From the NCBI GenBank assembly GCA_951804945.1, contig OX638158.1, positions 20,708,001 to 20,772,000 on the forward strand: DNA of 64,000 nt. The letters run 5' to 3'. Below are positions 1 to 14,615 of this stretch, in pieces (positions within the stretch are counted from its first letter, which is position 1; every line of letters begins with the position of its first letter). The position numbers were made by a program, and so were the translations under genes. Source of the DNA: Podarcis cretensis (taxonomy: Eukaryota). Below the pieces are notes generated by a model, which worked only from the letters and a program-made list of their open reading frames with translations, was not told where the DNA came from and ran no database searches.

Positions 1-681
1 GCAAATAAAGCATAAAGAGGAAAAAGAAACCCCTTTGGCAGTTGAAGCCAAAATCCCCCCTTTCTCTTATCAGGCAGATGCATTATGTTATGTGGCAAAC
101 ATCCAATTTCCTGTTTCTCAGGTCGGCATCACTGTCTCGTGTTATTTTCGCGAGTCTGAGAAACAGTTTGAGGAATGTTCCTTACAGAAAGAATGCAGAC
201 GTAACTAAATATATGTTTGCTTTCTGCAAGCACAGCAACAGGGCAGAGAGAGACTTTGATTCTTAAGATTTTAGGCATGTTTAGCGTTAACAATTAAGCA
301 TTATTAGGATACATAGTTATACATAAGGCATAAAGGTAAAACTCTTCCAGATGGCCTTGCCACACTAGTACAGGAATGTGTTTTAACTGATTTCGTTCTT
401 AGAGTGTTGTTCCTGAACCAATAACTTCTGTGTGCCCAAGAGTTCTCACATCTCTAGAGTGGTGTTTTGGCTTCTAGTTGCTGAAGAATGAAAACTCGAA
501 GAAGAATTATTTCAAAATGCTTTAATATTTAGATTGCTGCATTGCATATACAGATTGCTGGCTTTAGGCAACACAATCAATCCTAAATACAGCAACAACA
601 AAGGCAAATGCTCTAATTGCCAAAACTTTAGTCATTGATCCAACTCTGTCACACACACCCCCCCCCTGGTTTTCCTGTAAA

Positions 682-1063
682 GGGATGTGGGTGACTCTGT
701 GGTCTAAACCACTGAGCCCCTTGGGCTTTCCGGTCAGAAGGTTGGTGGTCCTTGTGATGGGGTGAGCTCCCATTGCTCTGTCCCAGCTTCTGCCAACCTA
801 GCAGTTTGAAAGCACACCAGTGCAAGTAGATAAATTGGTACCACTGCAGTGGGAAGGTAAACGGTGTTTCCATACACTCTGGTTTCCATCATGGTCTTCT
901 GTTTCTCCAGAAGCGGTTTAGTTATGCTGGTCACATGATCCAGAAAGCTGCCTGTGGACAAACACCGGCTTTCTCAGCCAGAAGCAAGATGAGTGCCACA
1001 ACCCACAGTCGCTTTTGACTGGACTTAATTGTCCTGGGGTCATTTACCTTAACTTTTTACCTT
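682..1063 (+). mobile_element. Sauria SINE, older diverged copy
   Basis: Head gggatgtgggtgactctgtggtctaaacc, body ctgccaacctagcagtttgaaagcac, and (TTTACC)-like tail; aligns by eye to the copies at 36424 and 37642. Confidence 0.85.
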
Positions 1064-1325
1064 TCCTATATATAGCAACACTAGACAGCTCAGTACAGTC
1101 AGTATATTTACTGACAGGTACAACACAGTTCCTACCTCTGACTGCCTCTTGTTCTAGGCAGACATCTTACAAATAGAAGGTGTGCTAGCAAATGTTCTCC
1201 CAGCAGAAATTCAACACAGTTGATTTCCAGCCAGCCACACTACCAACACCTTGTTACAAATTCAGGGCTACTTATACTCTACTTTGTGCTGAATCATTGG
1301 CATGGCTCTGACTCATGCCTTACAT

Positions 1326-1908
1326 GTTGTTAAAGTTTGTGGGTCGTAAATCCTTTGACCCATTGAGTCTGCTGCAACGGCCCTGCAATAAATTTGATTT
1401 ATTGCCACTCCCACAAACTCCAATGGCGCCCACATGCTTCCACTCCGCACGCTGCCACTCTTCTCAGTTGCCGGATAATAGCAGAGTTCACACGCAGCGT
1501 AAAATGGCTTGTCTGTCGACGTGGTGTCTTCAATAACTCAGCTTGACACCAGTGCTTCTAATCTATAACTCTTTATTTAGAAGCATAACAACAGAAAAGA
1601 AAAACCTACAGAATCTAGCTGCATGCTTGCAGCTTTCTGCCTCTAACAAAAATGAAACTACCTTGCTCACATTCTCAGACAGACTGCTCTCCAGAGAGAG
1701 CTCAGCCCCCACAGAGCACAGATCAAAGGAAAATGGCCGGGTCATGTGGGCAGTGCACCCAGTTAAGAAGAACGCTTCTGAAGTGTTAACTCTCCATAAC
1801 CACAACACATGTTCCTTGATTCACACCTAACAAGCTGCAGGTACAGGAACAGTATATTCAGATTAACCCTGTCTTGACCTTTGTTTGCAAGCATAACTTA
1901 TTCCAACA
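1326..1908. mobile_element. LTR-like element (uncertain)
   Basis: tgttg...caaca ends, AATAAA on both strands and residual CpGs; no convincing TSD. Confidence 0.3.
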
Positions 1909-2503
1909 GGATCGTTTCATTTTGCTGTTGCAAGCTGCCACATTCAGTGACAGTTACAGGGAATGCACATACAGCAGGTTAAAATCTAGCTTTTCCAGGT
2001 GATAGGGCTGGAATTTTGTGCTAGGATTAAAGATGTTCAAAAGAGGCCCGGGTCCTTTATCTGTTGTGATAGCTGCCTTGGCTCCAGTTTTTAGAAGGCT
2101 GTGGGGGACGTGTTTTAGTTATTGAAGGCCCTCTTACCTTTTCTTTTATAACTGAGGCACTGGAACAATCACCCCATGTATTTGCTACTACGGTGGCAAT
2201 GAGACATTAGTTGGACACCGATAAAGGATGCTGTAATAGTGTTATTTCTAGCATCAGCAGGTATTGGCTCGTAGTTGACATTGGAAACCCCTTCCAACTC
2301 TACGATACAAACTGTTTTGATAGCATTCTTCTAAAGAATTGAGATTGGATGTAGGCACTAGTATTTCAGAGATCTGAAGGCAGTTTGAAAGAGTGTCATG
2401 TGTACACTCATCCCACTTGGCCTCCAGTAAATGGGGTTTGCAGATATTTGTATTGTTTCAAAACACTTGACTGGAGTTGACAGTGGGGCAAAAAAACATT
2501 ATA

Positions 2504-2715
2504 CAGTGATACCTCGGGTTACAAACACTGCAGGTTACAGACCCTGCTAACCCAGGAGTATTACCTTGGGTTAAGAACTTTGCCCCAGGATGAGAACAGA
2601 AATCACGTGGCAGCGGGAGGCCCCATTAGCTAAGGTGGTACCTCCGCTTAAGAACAGTTTTAGGTTAAGAACAGACCTCCGGAAAGAATTAAGTTTGTAA
2701 CCAGAGGTACCACTG
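2504..2715. mobile_element. Tc1/mariner (Tigger-like) MITE, family A
   Basis: TIRs cagtgatacctc...gaggtaccactg with 5' TA; same family as 50260 and 54728. Confidence 0.8.
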
Positions 2716-2942
2716 CACCATCGGGATGAAGTATCCTTCAGACTGCTTTCACCTTTTTTCAGCCAAAGAAAACTTTTGTCTCATATGTTTGAAATGCAGT
2801 GTATTCCAGTTGTATTGTATAAGCCAGACAGAAATAAATTTGCACTAATTACATGCTGTGTAAATGTGAGTATATTGTCTCAGCTGGTTAAATATTACAG
2901 TTGTTGAGCTAAACATAGCATCTTCGCTTCTGTTTCTTGTAG

Positions 2943-3368
<426 letters not shown>

Positions 3369-3482
3369 TAAATAAATAAATAAATAAATTTAGTTTCCTT
3401 ATCATATATATCTTGACATAAAGCAATCTAAATAATAAAGAAAGATAGTACATTGGGATAATGCAAGTGATTTTAAAGAATA

Positions 3483-3847
3483 CAGTGGAACCTTGTTTCC
3501 CGAACACCTGTTATTGTACATTTTGGCTCCCAAACGCCAAAACCCCAGTAGTACCGTACTTTTCTGTATATAAGACGAGCTCTGTTTACTTTATAATAAT
3601 GTTTTAAAACTGGGGGCGTCTTATACACGGGTAGTGGGTATGGGTGATGGGTGTTTCCATCCCCCAAAAAAGCCCAACAACTTATACACGGGGGTGTGTT
3701 ATACGGTAAATGCTTCCATTTTCGAACATTTTGCGGAACCCGAACATGCTCTTGCAACCAATGGGTAGCCGCGCCTCGGTTTTCAAACATTTTGGAAGCC
3801 GAACAAACTTCCAGAACGGATTTCTTTCAAGAGCTGAAGTACCACTA
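3483..3847. mobile_element. Tc1/mariner MITE hosting a nested MITE
   Basis: TA-cagtggaacct ... agtaccacta-TA ends. Confidence 0.7.
3554..3706. mobile_element. Nested pogo/Tigger-like MITE
   Basis: TA-ccgta...tacgg-TA ends and repeated cttatacacggg motifs. Confidence 0.7.
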
Positions 3848-5537
3848 TAGTCCATTTATTCCTTTTTCTCATTAAGAGTTCTCAAAGTTCATTCTTGCTT
3901 AGCAGGCAGATAGTTAATGCTTACTATCTTACAGTGCAGTGCAGCCCAGCTGACTTAAATAGGGCTTACCGGTACTTTCAGGTAAGTGGGGTTAGGATTG
4001 CAGCCCAAGTCAAACACCCCAACTTCACAAGTCCATTCCCCCACCAGTCTCTACAGCAATCTCTATTATCAACTGTGATAAAGTGCAGATCTCTGTTATG
4101 ACGTCTTGTGCTTCCAGCGATCACACTCTTTCAGAAATATGGCCTTCTTTCCCAAGAGAAACTAGGACAAACACGTAGCTATTTATGTTATAAGGGCACA
4201 GGTTCATTTCAGTTGGGATATGAGGTTATCAGTTATTATGAGCTGAATATGCCCAAGATTCTTTTTATAATGCATTCGAATTACTTTTAAAGGAAACAAC
4301 AACAAAAAAGGCACAAAATTCAAACTTATAATCTTAAAAAGGGGGAGAAAAAGGCTTATGAAGCAGTAATGTCAAAAGAGATTAGGGCATACTTAACAGT
4401 ACTTTGAATTAAATTAAGAGGAAAAATTGATACTTTAGTATGGAGAGGTATTAGGCATATAAATAATAAAAGTTTTCAAATTCCCTAAAACTTTCCTATT
4501 TTTACTGCAGAATTTCTGGTGAGCTTGATACTTTAGAAAAATATGGGAGTTATTTAGTTTGATTGTTCTTTCTTTCTGAGCTTCACTGGAGAGTTTCAGT
4601 TCTTTTCAAATGCAGTCCATGTAGCAGTTAATATATAAAGCAGTGGTTCTTTTATATTAACAAATTTGCCATTAATAAAGCATTTAGACAGTTGGGAACA
4701 AAAAAAAAATCAGTTATTGATAAGCATCAAAGTCCACTTAAGTGCAGAACATTGTGACTTTTTGAGTGCTTGGCTTGTACTGAAATGAGAGTTCCTGTAA
4801 GCAAAGAAGCTCTGCTTTCAGTATAATTAAATATGCTTCCCTCCAGCTGATTACTAATACTATGACATAATGTCTTGGCTCTGTTAGGAATATTTCTACT
4901 TGAAATGTCCTGGGGTCATGTCCATTTTTTATTTACATTGCAATATACATTACATTAATTTAATTTCCTTAAGCAAGTCCCACCACACCTTCCACCTTTC
5001 CAGCAGATCAGATAAATGTTAGTAGCAGCATATATAAGTTTCAGGGCAAGTAAGAAATGGGAAACTGAGGAAATAGTTTTCTTCAATGTCTTAGGCCTAT
5101 CCACACTTGTGCTTGTTGCATGATTTCAAGCCGTGGGACTGAGAGGGTTTTTCACTCAAATTGGTTTTGTTCAGTGGGTTTCTTGAAGCCTTTTGCTTGG
5201 CTGACCATTTTTGATTGCATATTGTTTTGTTTTTCTCACTCATTGAATTGAGAATAATTCAGGGCAGGTCCATGTTAGAAATGTCTTATGGCCCATTGAC
5301 TCAGGCAAATTTAGTACCTTTTTCTGTCATGGAAAAGCATTAAATTGGCCCAGACTGCACATAAATATAGCCAGCAGGCAGCAACATTGGTTACTTTAGA
5401 CATAGTTTTTCCACCTGCCATGATAACAGGTAATGGCTACATTCTTTATATGTAGCTGGTTCTTGCTGACATTTCTCCATGAGGGACATTCACATAATCT
5501 GGAAGACACTTCTCCCTCCCTCTGTCTCTCTCCCCAG

Positions 5538-5855
5538 GTGTGATGAATACGTAACACAGTTGGATGAGATGCAGAGGCAATTGGCGGCTGCAGAAGATGA
5601 GAAGAAGACCTTAAACTCTTTGCTGCGGATGGCTATCCAGCAAAAGCTCGCCCTCACCCAGCGTCTGGAAGACTTAGAGTTTGATCATGAGCAGTCCCGG
5701 CGGAGCAAAGGCAAACTTGGAAAGAGCAAGATCGGCAGCCCTAAAGTAAGTGAGGAGGCATCAGCCACCGTGCCAACCATAGACACTTTCCTCCTGCATA
5801 GTCAGGGCCCACAGCAACCAAACATACTGGTCAGCAGTGGCACTCAGAGGAAAAG
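5538..5855 (+). CDS. BICD1: BICD1 coding exon (human exon 7 orthologue), long form; internal alternative donor after 5745
   Basis: tctccccag| acceptor and |gtatgc donor; 318 nt; [52 protein letters not shown]...GTQRK; internal AAA|GTAAGT at 5745/5746. Confidence 0.96.
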
Positions 5856-7074
5856 GTATGCATGCAGTCGTCTTTATAGTACAGTGCAGTGGCCTGACTT
5901 GAATTAAGGTCATTCACTGAATTGCAAATAATGAATATATTTTGGCTGGGGTCATTGAGAGATGGGGCTGTGTGAAGAAGCGACGTTTCAAAATGTGAAG
6001 CCTGGCTAGTAATTCCATCTGCCCATAATATTTTTTTCTTCCTTTTGATATAGTCATAGATCATATTCTGTCAGCATTTCAGCATATTCTGTATGTTTTG
6101 AATGTATCTGCTTAATATATAGCAAAAATATACCTCTGGATGGGGCGGGGTGAAGTGGAGGGGCATGTCTAAGAGGCATATCCACACCCAGAGGGAAATG
6201 ATCCTCTGATAAACTAAGGTGCTTATAAACTTTCCCTTTTCTCTTCATTATTGAAATGTGGGCAAGGAATGTGATTACCCTGATGTGTTTCTCAACACCT
6301 GTGTTAAAATGAATAAATGTTCAATAGCAGATGACTTTTATTCAAACCCAGAAACAAACGCTAGTGGTTTGCAGAGTTGCATATAGTTCTGTGGCTGTCC
6401 CACCAATAGGGGGAGGGAGGTCAAGGAGAAGATGGTGGACAAAAGGTCCCCCCACTTTGTGGGAACAACTTCCACAAACAGTATCTAAACAAGATTCCCC
6501 CCCCCCCCCCCGTTCAGAGACTTTTAGGGCAAACTTTCATTGTCTGTGTACTACATGTTCAGCATAAATGTTAAATGCAGATATTATAAATGAAGTGGAA
6601 AATATGCATGATGCCTAAATAATAATTAAAAACCTAAATTGGGGGATGAGAATTGGATGAGGGGGCCGGCACAAGATGTGACCCACCAAGCCACACCACC
6701 ACCATGTATTATGGCCTCAGATTCTTGACAACACTGAAGAAGAGCTCCAAGCAAGCAGCAAAACGAGATTTTATTGACCCTATGGTGGGCCATTGTACAT
6801 GGCAGGTGATCTATGCTCAGCTTGATGGGTCATGTTGAGCAGCTTGTATTTTCTCTTTCTAAATTTTATAAGTGAAGCTTCCCTTTATAGGAAATACGTT
6901 TTCCTGTGGGGTGGCAGCAATGATAGGGGTGGTGACAACATGCTGGTTTGCTTTGTGGAGGGTGGTGGTGGTGGGGAAAGGAATGTGATAATGTCATTCA
7001 AGGAGCCATGGCTCAGTAATTAAAGTAAAAACTCTTTTGTTTTCGTATGTATTTTTTCTTGGATCTCCTGCAAG

Positions 7075-7274
7075 ACTATTCTCACCTTCCCCTTGTGATC
7101 AGAGCCATCCCAGGACTTCAGGGACCCACCTACTGCCTTTATTAAGAACCCCCCCTGATCACACCTCCACAGAATCATTTCTTCTGAGGGGCCCCCCTTC
7201 CATGGCCTCCATGAATGAATTCTTCTATGGGCACCGTCTCAGCAAGGAAAAAAGGTTAACCGTGGCCATCCCAG
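7075..7274 (+). CDS. BICD1: BICD1 coding exon (human exon 8 orthologue)
   Basis: ctcctgcaag| acceptor and |gtaaac donor; 200 nt; phase 2 in and phase 1 out fit the neighbouring exons; LFSPSPCDQSHPRTSG...STESFLLRGPPSM...HRLSKEKRLTVAIP. Confidence 0.88.
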
Positions 7275-10200
7275 GTAAACATTTTTTCCTTGGGTGCATG
7301 TAGTGCAAAATGATTAGCTGAGTATAGGGGGAATCCCCGCCAAACACTGCACATGCAATTTTTAATTAGGGCACATTCTTCCGTCTTTTATAGATTTGCA
7401 TCTTTAGTCTGCCCCAGACTACTCCTACATGATAATCAGTGAAACTGTGATTGGAAGATTTCATCCGAAGTGCCCTCTGCTCATTTCAAGCAAAATTCTC
7501 AGTGGGTCACATTTCCCTCTGGCCCAGGTCAGATAGTCAATCAAGGCTTCAGAAGCAATGCTTTATGAAGCCAGGAAGGCGAGTCTGTGTCAAATACTCT
7601 TCCCTTGCCCCCTCCCCTTTGTGCACTGACTTGGGTGCAAAGATCCTGGCTTGTATTAAGCCAGAGCTCCTCTTATACCTGAGCAAGGAAATTCTGGTAT
7701 GTTAACTAACTAACTAACCATCCCTGTTTGTTAAGCCAGAATTCCCATGGTTGGATGTAGCAGGGAACTCAGACTTACTATAAGGTGGGAGAAGAGAAGC
7801 AAGGGGAGCAGTGCTGGGACCCAATGGTCATTCACAGCTTCATAATGCATAGATTATGGAGCCTTGAATGATTGCCTGAACTGGGTCATGTTACTGTAGT
7901 CAAGATGATAATTTCAACTGGAGTTCTGTTAGTGCCTTGGTTGAGTTTGATCCAGTGTTTCATTTGAAGCCATTTGATGAAATAATAAACTGGTGAAATG
8001 AAACAGCTATGATGACTTGGTTGAACAGTATATTATAATGTATCTCTCAACAGATAGATGCATATATTCAGAGCTAACATGTTGCCTTTTCTTACCATGT
8101 GCCAGTTGTGTTTACCCTGCAAGGTACTGATAACATAATTCAAAGAAACCTTCCAAGTGCAGGGGAACTTCTGAATGGTGTGAAATTTTAGGAAAAGTTA
8201 GAAGAAAGATAAAACATTATTGAGTTTTGACACAATGTGCACAACCTAACAGAGGTAATTTCAGTGGTTTAGCTGCTTAACTGTGTTGGGTTGAGGCCAG
8301 GACTTGAACATTTACCCTGGATTTACCACTAGTGTTCCTTTCACGCCCTTGTATGTTGCTTACTGACAGTTTGGCCAACTGGAAACAACATGGAAACAAC
8401 ATGGAAACATTAAGCCTACACAGCGCTGTGTAATGAGAGGCACTTGCAGGTTAAAAGCTCTCGGTGGTATCCAACAAAGTAGTTCTGTTAGTGCAAGGAT
8501 TTCTTCTTGCAATATGGAACTTCCCTTCCTTCTTTTCTCCCCAGATCTTGCCCCCTCTCCAGATCTGCTCAGGAGGTCTGGGGGAGCTCCCAGAGCAGAA
8601 TTGGGGCATGCAGGGAAAGGAGAGGAGAGGGATAAGTTCCATTGCACAGCCAAAAGTCCTTGCAGTAGCAGAAATACATAGCTGGATAGTGCCCTTCATC
8701 TGCAACCTTGTGTTACTGTTGTAGATGGAATAGCTTGTTTACATATACTGTAGGAAATGGCATTTTTCACAAAGAAAGTATTTGAAATAGTATCCTGTGG
8801 AATTGAAGTCTGTTTCCTGGAGAACCATAATGATTACTTAGAATCATTATGTGAAAGTTGAGGGGGGAAATACATAAAGCAATGCCATGCCTCCTATTAG
8901 TAAAAGGAGAGTAGCTTTGTTTTTCAGTCTGAAACCAGCTATAGTGGGCCTGTTGATATACATTCTGGGGTGCAAAACTCATCTTATAATGTGGCTTCTG
9001 ATCACCCTTGGCTGCTTCTACAAAATCATCTCTAAGCTCAGAAGCATGGAAGAATAGCCTCCAAAGCTTCAGAGAAGCAAAGGCTTTATTGTTAGAGGAG
9101 GAGTACAGTAGTTTCCACTGTAACAAAATCACAGACTTAAATAAAGCAAATGTATTTGTCAGAAATTTCAAAAACATTTTAGGTCAGCTCCCTGACCCAG
9201 TGCTTGTGATTTATGTGGTAATAATGTGTAAAGGACAGCAAGATATTTGTAAATCTTGAAGCAGTTTTTTCTACAAGCCAAACCAAATTTTCACCAGAAA
9301 GATTTAGGAAGCATCTGATTAACTATAAAAACAAAGCATATTGATAACCAGTGTAGGTGTGGCTGAGGACAGGGGCGTTCACCCAAGACCTGCCCCTAAC
9401 ACCCTCGCTCCCCCCTCTAGTCTAAATGGAGCTTCTACTCAATTTATTTGACTGCAAGTAGAACCCTCTGTGTGACTGGGGACTCTGATGAAGCAGGGAC
9501 CTGAACTGCACAGAGTTATTCTGTTTGCGTTCAAACATTCACAGATAGAAGTCCCATGTAAGTGGGAGACCAAGCAGTGGGGATGGGGTGATGTGCATAT
9601 GGATGCTGGGGGTGGGGCTTTTGTGCACACCCTGCCCCTGTTCCCAGGTTGCCTGAACACACCTTAAGATACAATAGATTGAGCAGAGACCTCCTTTTTA
9701 GGGTACAGCTCACCATCTAAATTCTGCTAGAAAACTAGTTGTTGGTTCTGGTTGCCTAGGGCAGTGTTATATATGGCAAATTATGTCAGATTGATTACTT
9801 CAGCTATACACTGGACTTAGGCATGTCGCAAAAATGGCAGGCCAGGATATCACAGTAACGAATTGTGAGAGGCAATCAGAATAAAGTCATTTCCATTCTT
9901 GCCTTCATGTCTCCCCTGTACCCTGCTTATTACTTATAACCGCCTCTTTTCTACCTCTCAAAAGTTCTGGCACCAGTGGAACGTTGCAAAAGGCAGGACA
10001 TCCTTCATGAGGAGCACTTGAGAGGAATTTTCATGGATTTTGCATCTAGGCCCAGTACATGTTACCAAATACAAGGTGGGGGTACTTTTGGTCATTATGC
10101 GTAGTTCCTCCACCACTGATAATTACACTGTTGGAATGTGCTAAAGTTGATCCAGATCTGACATGCTTTTGGTGGAAATGATCTGATGTATTTTTAATTC

Positions 10201-13200
10201 TTTTAAACGGAAGAGTTCTTTTAAATGAAAAAGTTCCTCTTTCCAGCCCCATTGCCCTTCCAATAATACGAACTTGCACTCTGCCTTTTGACTTAGATAC
10301 TTCATTATCATCTATTAGAAGAAATGTTTATCTTTTTTTATTTGTCTTTTAACTGCAACTCCAAAAGAGCCTTACTTAGAGTAGGCTCATTTACATTAAT
10401 GGTCATGACTAACTTAGATCTATTAATTTCAATGGGTCTACTGTAAGGAAAAATTACTTGAATACAACCCATTGTAAAAACAGAAATATAAATTTTCTAA
10501 TAAAACCAGTAGACACTTAACTAAAAATGAAGACGACACACCCAGACTTTTTGTTATCACCAAACAAAAATAAGTTTGCTTCTAGAATGTAGGCTCAGGC
10601 TCAGACAGGTTTCTGGGGGACTCTTGCGAGAGCTCCCACTGAAAATACCTTCTTAAGCACTTTATGTTCTGAATTAGAAATATACAAGGTAACTTCCGAT
10701 ACCGGCAGATTTTTCCTGCTCTTTTTCTAGTTACACGTAAGAGCAGATAGAAAAGTGAATGAAAGTAGCAGGAGTGACATCCTTGTTCCTTCATGCCAGA
10801 AAAGGTGCTTGTAAGCAACAGCAGTTCTCTCATTTTATAGAGTGTAGAGCAGTATGAGACAGAAAGGAGGGCAGTCACAGGTGCTTCTAGTATCTGTTGG
10901 AGCCAACAGTCAGTCAGAGAGTTTAAAACATGTGAAGTTCAATTCAGGAAGCATATCTTATTGAGATTATTAATATTGTGCATGTGGAAGCTGCTGGATG
11001 AACAAAAACTGACTCTTGTATTGAAATAAAAATTCTCCAGTCTAAAAATATGGTTCAAAAGCTTTACACACAGGACTTAATTTCAAAATAACTTTAAACA
11101 ATAAAAATTACATTCAGTTAGTTCCGTATTTCTTATACTGGTCTCAGCATAAGGCATAATAGATTACAAATAACTTGTTTTCTGTGCTAAAATCAAAGCT
11201 CTGTCTCTTCTCCAATGCAGCCTCAGGCTGTTTGCTGGAAACGGAGAGAAAACACATCTGTTCTCTTCAGTAGCTTAGAACAAAAAGACACTGCACCCAA
11301 CATGGATGCCTACCAGATTATCATATGCATAGATCTGAAATACTTTCATGTGACTGTGATCTCTTTCATGTGACTGTGAGCTAAACACCTTGTGACTGAG
11401 CCACAAATATAGTCCCATGATACACCTCCATTACAACTCCTAACCTGGTAGGCCGTTCTTCAACTTGGAAATTTCCTGCCATGTTTCACAATATACAGTA
11501 CACGCGGCTGCTGCTACTACTAATTTTATTATTTATACCCCGCTGACTGGCTTGCCCCAGCCACTCTGGGCGGCTTCCAACTTAGATATAAAAAATGAAT
11601 TAACACACTATAGACATACCAGTTTATGGGATGTGTCTCTGTACAGTGCCAGTCACATGTATTAGGGCCAAGCTACATGTTACGTTCTTTCAGGTCAGCT
11701 CCTGCCCCCTGGTTCAAAAAAAATACTAATTCAATCTTCTCCCATCCCAGCTGCCATTTGACCCCGAAGGTGCTGTATGCTGACATATGCACAATCCTAT
11801 TATATGTACTTAGAAGTACATCCTACCGTGTTCTGTGAGGCTTACTGCCTTGTAAGTTCAGCCTTCATTTTTTGAGAAAATGCATTTCTAGATCTTTCAA
11901 CAACAACCAACCACCAGTGTGTCATGGGAATGAGTTAAAATTGAATATCATAATTCACACCATGCAGAACTATAGTACTGCAGAACTATAGTCCATAATT
12001 CAGTTTAATTTTATTTTTTACAATGATTTTTAACCAAATAATGTCTCAAACCTAAAAATATAACTGGAAGAAGAGTTAATATAACTACAAGAAAAGGAAA
12101 AGGGTCTAGTATTAGTGTTTAGTTACTCTTCTTTCTTCCATTTATGAATTTTACTGAAAGGTCTTTTTAAAAAATTGAAAGTCCTTTTTAAACTATGTGC
12201 AGTTTCTTAAATAAAAATGCTGCATCTTTTAGGTCTGGTGCATCAGATACAGTTGGCGGAATCCATCTGATGCATATTTTTGTAATATATTCTTAGGCAG
12301 CAGGTGCTGACTTGCTTGGTGCTATGTTTTGAAATACCATTTCACACATTTTAAAAGAATATTTAAAATGTTTGGTACTGCATGGAATTAGATTTTTGTT
12401 TTATTTGAAGTGCTAGAGGTGCAGTGGCACATCAAAGTAACTGAAAGTGCAATCCTATATGCTTGCTATGCCAGGAAAGAGGATATGCTGCTGCTGCATT
12501 GGTGGAACAGCTGCCATATCCTAAGCATGCTAACTCTGGGAGGGGAGGGGAAAACACACAAAATACAAAAATGGTACAAAAACAACAGGCATATCCCCAG
12601 TGCTCCTAGAAACATGACCAGTGTCAACCAGGAAGAGGTGAGCCAGCAACAATGGCAATATGTTTTCCATGCATGAAGGGAACAAAGCCATGTTGCCATG
12701 GCCCCAACATGGAAGAAGCACAGAGAATAAGTTAGTGTCCACAGATACAGCCAGAGAAATTCTGTGCTGTGGTCCTCAAAGCAGACAGAAACACACCCAG
12801 GAGTTCACTGGTTTAATTCCACACAAAGAGCAAATCATTAACTTCACCCCATCCTCATCCCAAGTGGAGGAAAGAAATAAAACTACCAGACTCCAAATCC
12901 TTGAAATGAAATATGTTGTAGGTGTGACACATATTGAAATAAATTATTTCTCAAGAGCAGGATTTGCTATAGCATTTCATGAACTTGGTAATAATTGCTG
13001 CCAAAATAGAACAAAAAGTGTAAGGCTTGGACTAAACTTAATTGCAAGCCCTTGGTTTCCTCTTTGTTTTGTTTTGCCTTTGCCTGCCAGTGGTGCTTTC
13101 CTGTTTTTGTGCTTGGTATTCTGCAAAGTTGGAACAAGCATGCTCTAATTCAAATCCACACAGATTTCCGCCCCCCTTGTTCCTGGTGGGCATCATTTAA

Positions 13201-14182
13201 TGAAAATGTGATGGCCAGTACAATTGCGTAGACACACCAACAAAGGTTCACTTGCTTCCTGGGGCAGTAGCTCAATACCCCAATGAAAATACATTTACAT
13301 ACAGCTTACACACACCGTATTGGTGGGAAGGTCCAGGATAGCATAGAGGGAGGCAGGTGGGCAAGTGGGCAACGAGCATTCAGCTCATGCGCATTTTGCC
13401 AAGGAAGTGCTCCGCCTAAGCTAGGAACCACACAGGAGCATGCTTCCTTTCCCTTCCACCAATGGGTTTCAGGGGAGTGAAGCATAGGATGTGGAGCCAA
13501 ATGTACACATTGCTGCATAAGGGCAGGTGGTTATAGCACACTTACCTTTGGCACACAGAAAGACATATGTCGTGATCCATTGTGAGGCCCGTGCCCAAGA
13601 GAGGGCAACTGCCCAAGCAAGATGGAGTTCCATAAGCTTGGGTTTTGGAATAGACAGGAAACTCCAGTGCTAACAGACCCACATATGTATCTGGGGGGGT
13701 TCCATCGGTATACTTTTCCATGGCAGAGGCACATCGTGTGTTCTATTAGCATAGTGGGGTTTTGCCAAATCATAAAGCTGCTTAGCCAGAGGATGTTGAG
13801 TACCAGATTGCACTCTTGAAGCTTCATCGGAAAATACCATAGTCCTGGTTGTTTTGTACGTTGGGGAATTGTATAATATTGTCTGTTGCATTCTTCGGCC
13901 TCCCTGTATTTTCACTGAACTTGATTACATCTCTTCTTTCAGTTGAAAAATCAGCTTTAGATGGATCAGATTTAAATCATGTGATGTTTTAAAAGCTAAA
14001 AAAAAAATACTTAGGAGGACATTTAAAAATAAAATGTTTTTTTGAAAGTGCTCCAGATCTGAGAGCCAATATCCTTTTCTATGGATGTTTATGCTGGAGT
14101 TCAGTTGTCACTGGAAGAGATGCTCCAAAGAAGATGACACTAAATAAGCATTGATCATTCCTAGCACACTGTGAAGTGCTGT

Positions 14183-14615
14183 TGTAATGGTTCTAGGGGT
14201 TGCTCGTGCGTAAACCAGCGCCACACCTGGCTGGGTAGCCTGAGTGAACCTTTTCTGACCTGACAGCCACTTGCCCGTGGCTGTCTCAATCGCTGGCAGT
14301 ATCCGTCAGTGGGCGTTTCTTGAACTTCTTCCAGCAAAGAAGTTCTTTGACTCCAAGTCTCCGCCTACTCTCCCTGCGCGGAAGTCTTCTGCGCAGGGAG
14401 GGTGTGGGCAGTGGAGGACCCTTACTCTCCCTGCTGGTCCCCGGTGAGGAGTCATGGGACGCCTCACCGATTCCCCCATCTGCCCCCCTTCTCCACTGGT
14501 GCTACGCTGATTCCCTTCCCCAGAAGATGGGCTGCCTCTCCCCATCCCGGGACGCTCTCTGGAATCCCTCTGGAGCCCGCTCTCTCCCTCTGGCCCTGAT
14601 GGCAGTTCCCTGACA
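14183..14615. mobile_element. Solo LTR (Gypsy-like), probably minus orientation
   Basis: TG...CA ends; 5-bp TSD gctgt at 14178-14182 and 14616-14620; GC-rich; minus-strand start tgtcaggga matches the LTR at 23685. Confidence 0.7.
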
